This document shows, in pieces, positions 63,848 through 64,000 of a DNA stretch of 64,000 nt. Numbering within the stretch: the stretch's first letter is position 1; the number at the start of each line of letters is the position of its first letter. The stretch covers positions 2,393 through 66,392 of the forward strand of contig JAXHUH010000240.1 of NCBI GenBank assembly GCA_034211175.1. The letters run 5' to 3'. Under the pieces are notes generated by a model. It did no database searches, had not been told where the DNA came from, and saw nothing but the letters and a program-made list of their open reading frames with translations. The DNA comes from Actinomycetota bacterium (GTDB taxonomy: Bacteria; Actinomycetota; Acidimicrobiia; Acidimicrobiales; CAIXPF01). The translations under genes and the position numbers were made by a program.

Positions 63848-64000
63848 GTGACCGAAGCGCAGAATCCCCGATCGAGGACCCGGCTCGAGCCGGCGGTGCG
63901 GCTGCGCCAGATCGTGGAGGCAGCCGCGCGGGTGTTCGCCGAGCACGAAACCAGCAAGGTCCCCTTCGAGCGCATCGCCCAGGAGGCCGGTGTGTCTCGC
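63848..64000 (+). CDS. TetR-family regulator, N-terminal part only (runs off the window)
   Basis: GTG with GGGAGAGAGG RBS. LRQIVEAAARVFAEHETSKVPFERIAQEAGVSR HTH region. Confidence 0.75.
   Translation, partial: MTEAQNPRSRTRLEPAVRLRQIVEAAARVFAEHETSKVPFERIAQEAGVSR

Noticed and set aside
1-64000. CRISPR arrays, tRNA/rRNA genes, prophage or defence-system gene sets, toxin-antitoxin pairs
   Set aside because: No spaced direct-repeat arrays, no cloverleaf-like or rRNA-like low-GC conserved stretches, and no nuclease, methylase, integrase or capsid-type ORFs were seen while reading both strands. The only mobile DNA is the IS110 element and its remnant.

Overview
Densely coding, very high-GC segment (strong GC3 bias) that looks like Actinomycetota chromosome. 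No rRNA, tRNA or CRISPR array was seen.

Left end: an intact IS110-family insertion sequence, then a heat-shock island. The island has two hsp20 genes divergent from a translationally coupled operon: cbpA/dnaJ-like, hspR, STAS, diadenylate-cyclase-domain gene. A decayed IS110-type fragment follows.

The rest is a lipid/sterol-type uptake and beta-oxidation neighbourhood:
- a complete mce operon (yrbEAB-mceABCDEF) with Mas-like proteins, and an unlinked mkl/mceG ATPase at the right end
- two Liv-type ABC importers with fused permease and fused ATPase genes, and an MMPL transporter
- two paralogous divergent SDR/acyl-CoA-dehydrogenase modules
- two SCP-x-type thiolase + DUF35 pairs, and a MaoC hydratase + thiolase-like pair
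- aldehyde dehydrogenase, Baeyer-Villiger monooxygenase, two HSL-type esterases, enoyl-CoA hydratase, thioesterase, SCP2, and an MftD/LldD-like flavoenzyme
- two MFS pumps and five TetR regulators

Most notable observations:
1. A 24-bp palindrome, GnGACA-N12-TGTCnC, sits at nine promoter-proximal sites. It links mce, mkl and the catabolic genes into a candidate TetR regulon.
2. One ABC operon is extended by two membrane proteins that share a W-x-GAA...QVPYLVSGG module. One of them also carries five LAPxxxx heptads.
3. The hspR-STAS-DAC genes are translationally coupled.
4. About ten single-nucleotide frame disruptions occur, mostly at short homopolymers. These are either assembly indels or real gene decay.

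All family calls come from reading motifs in the translations. No database search was run.
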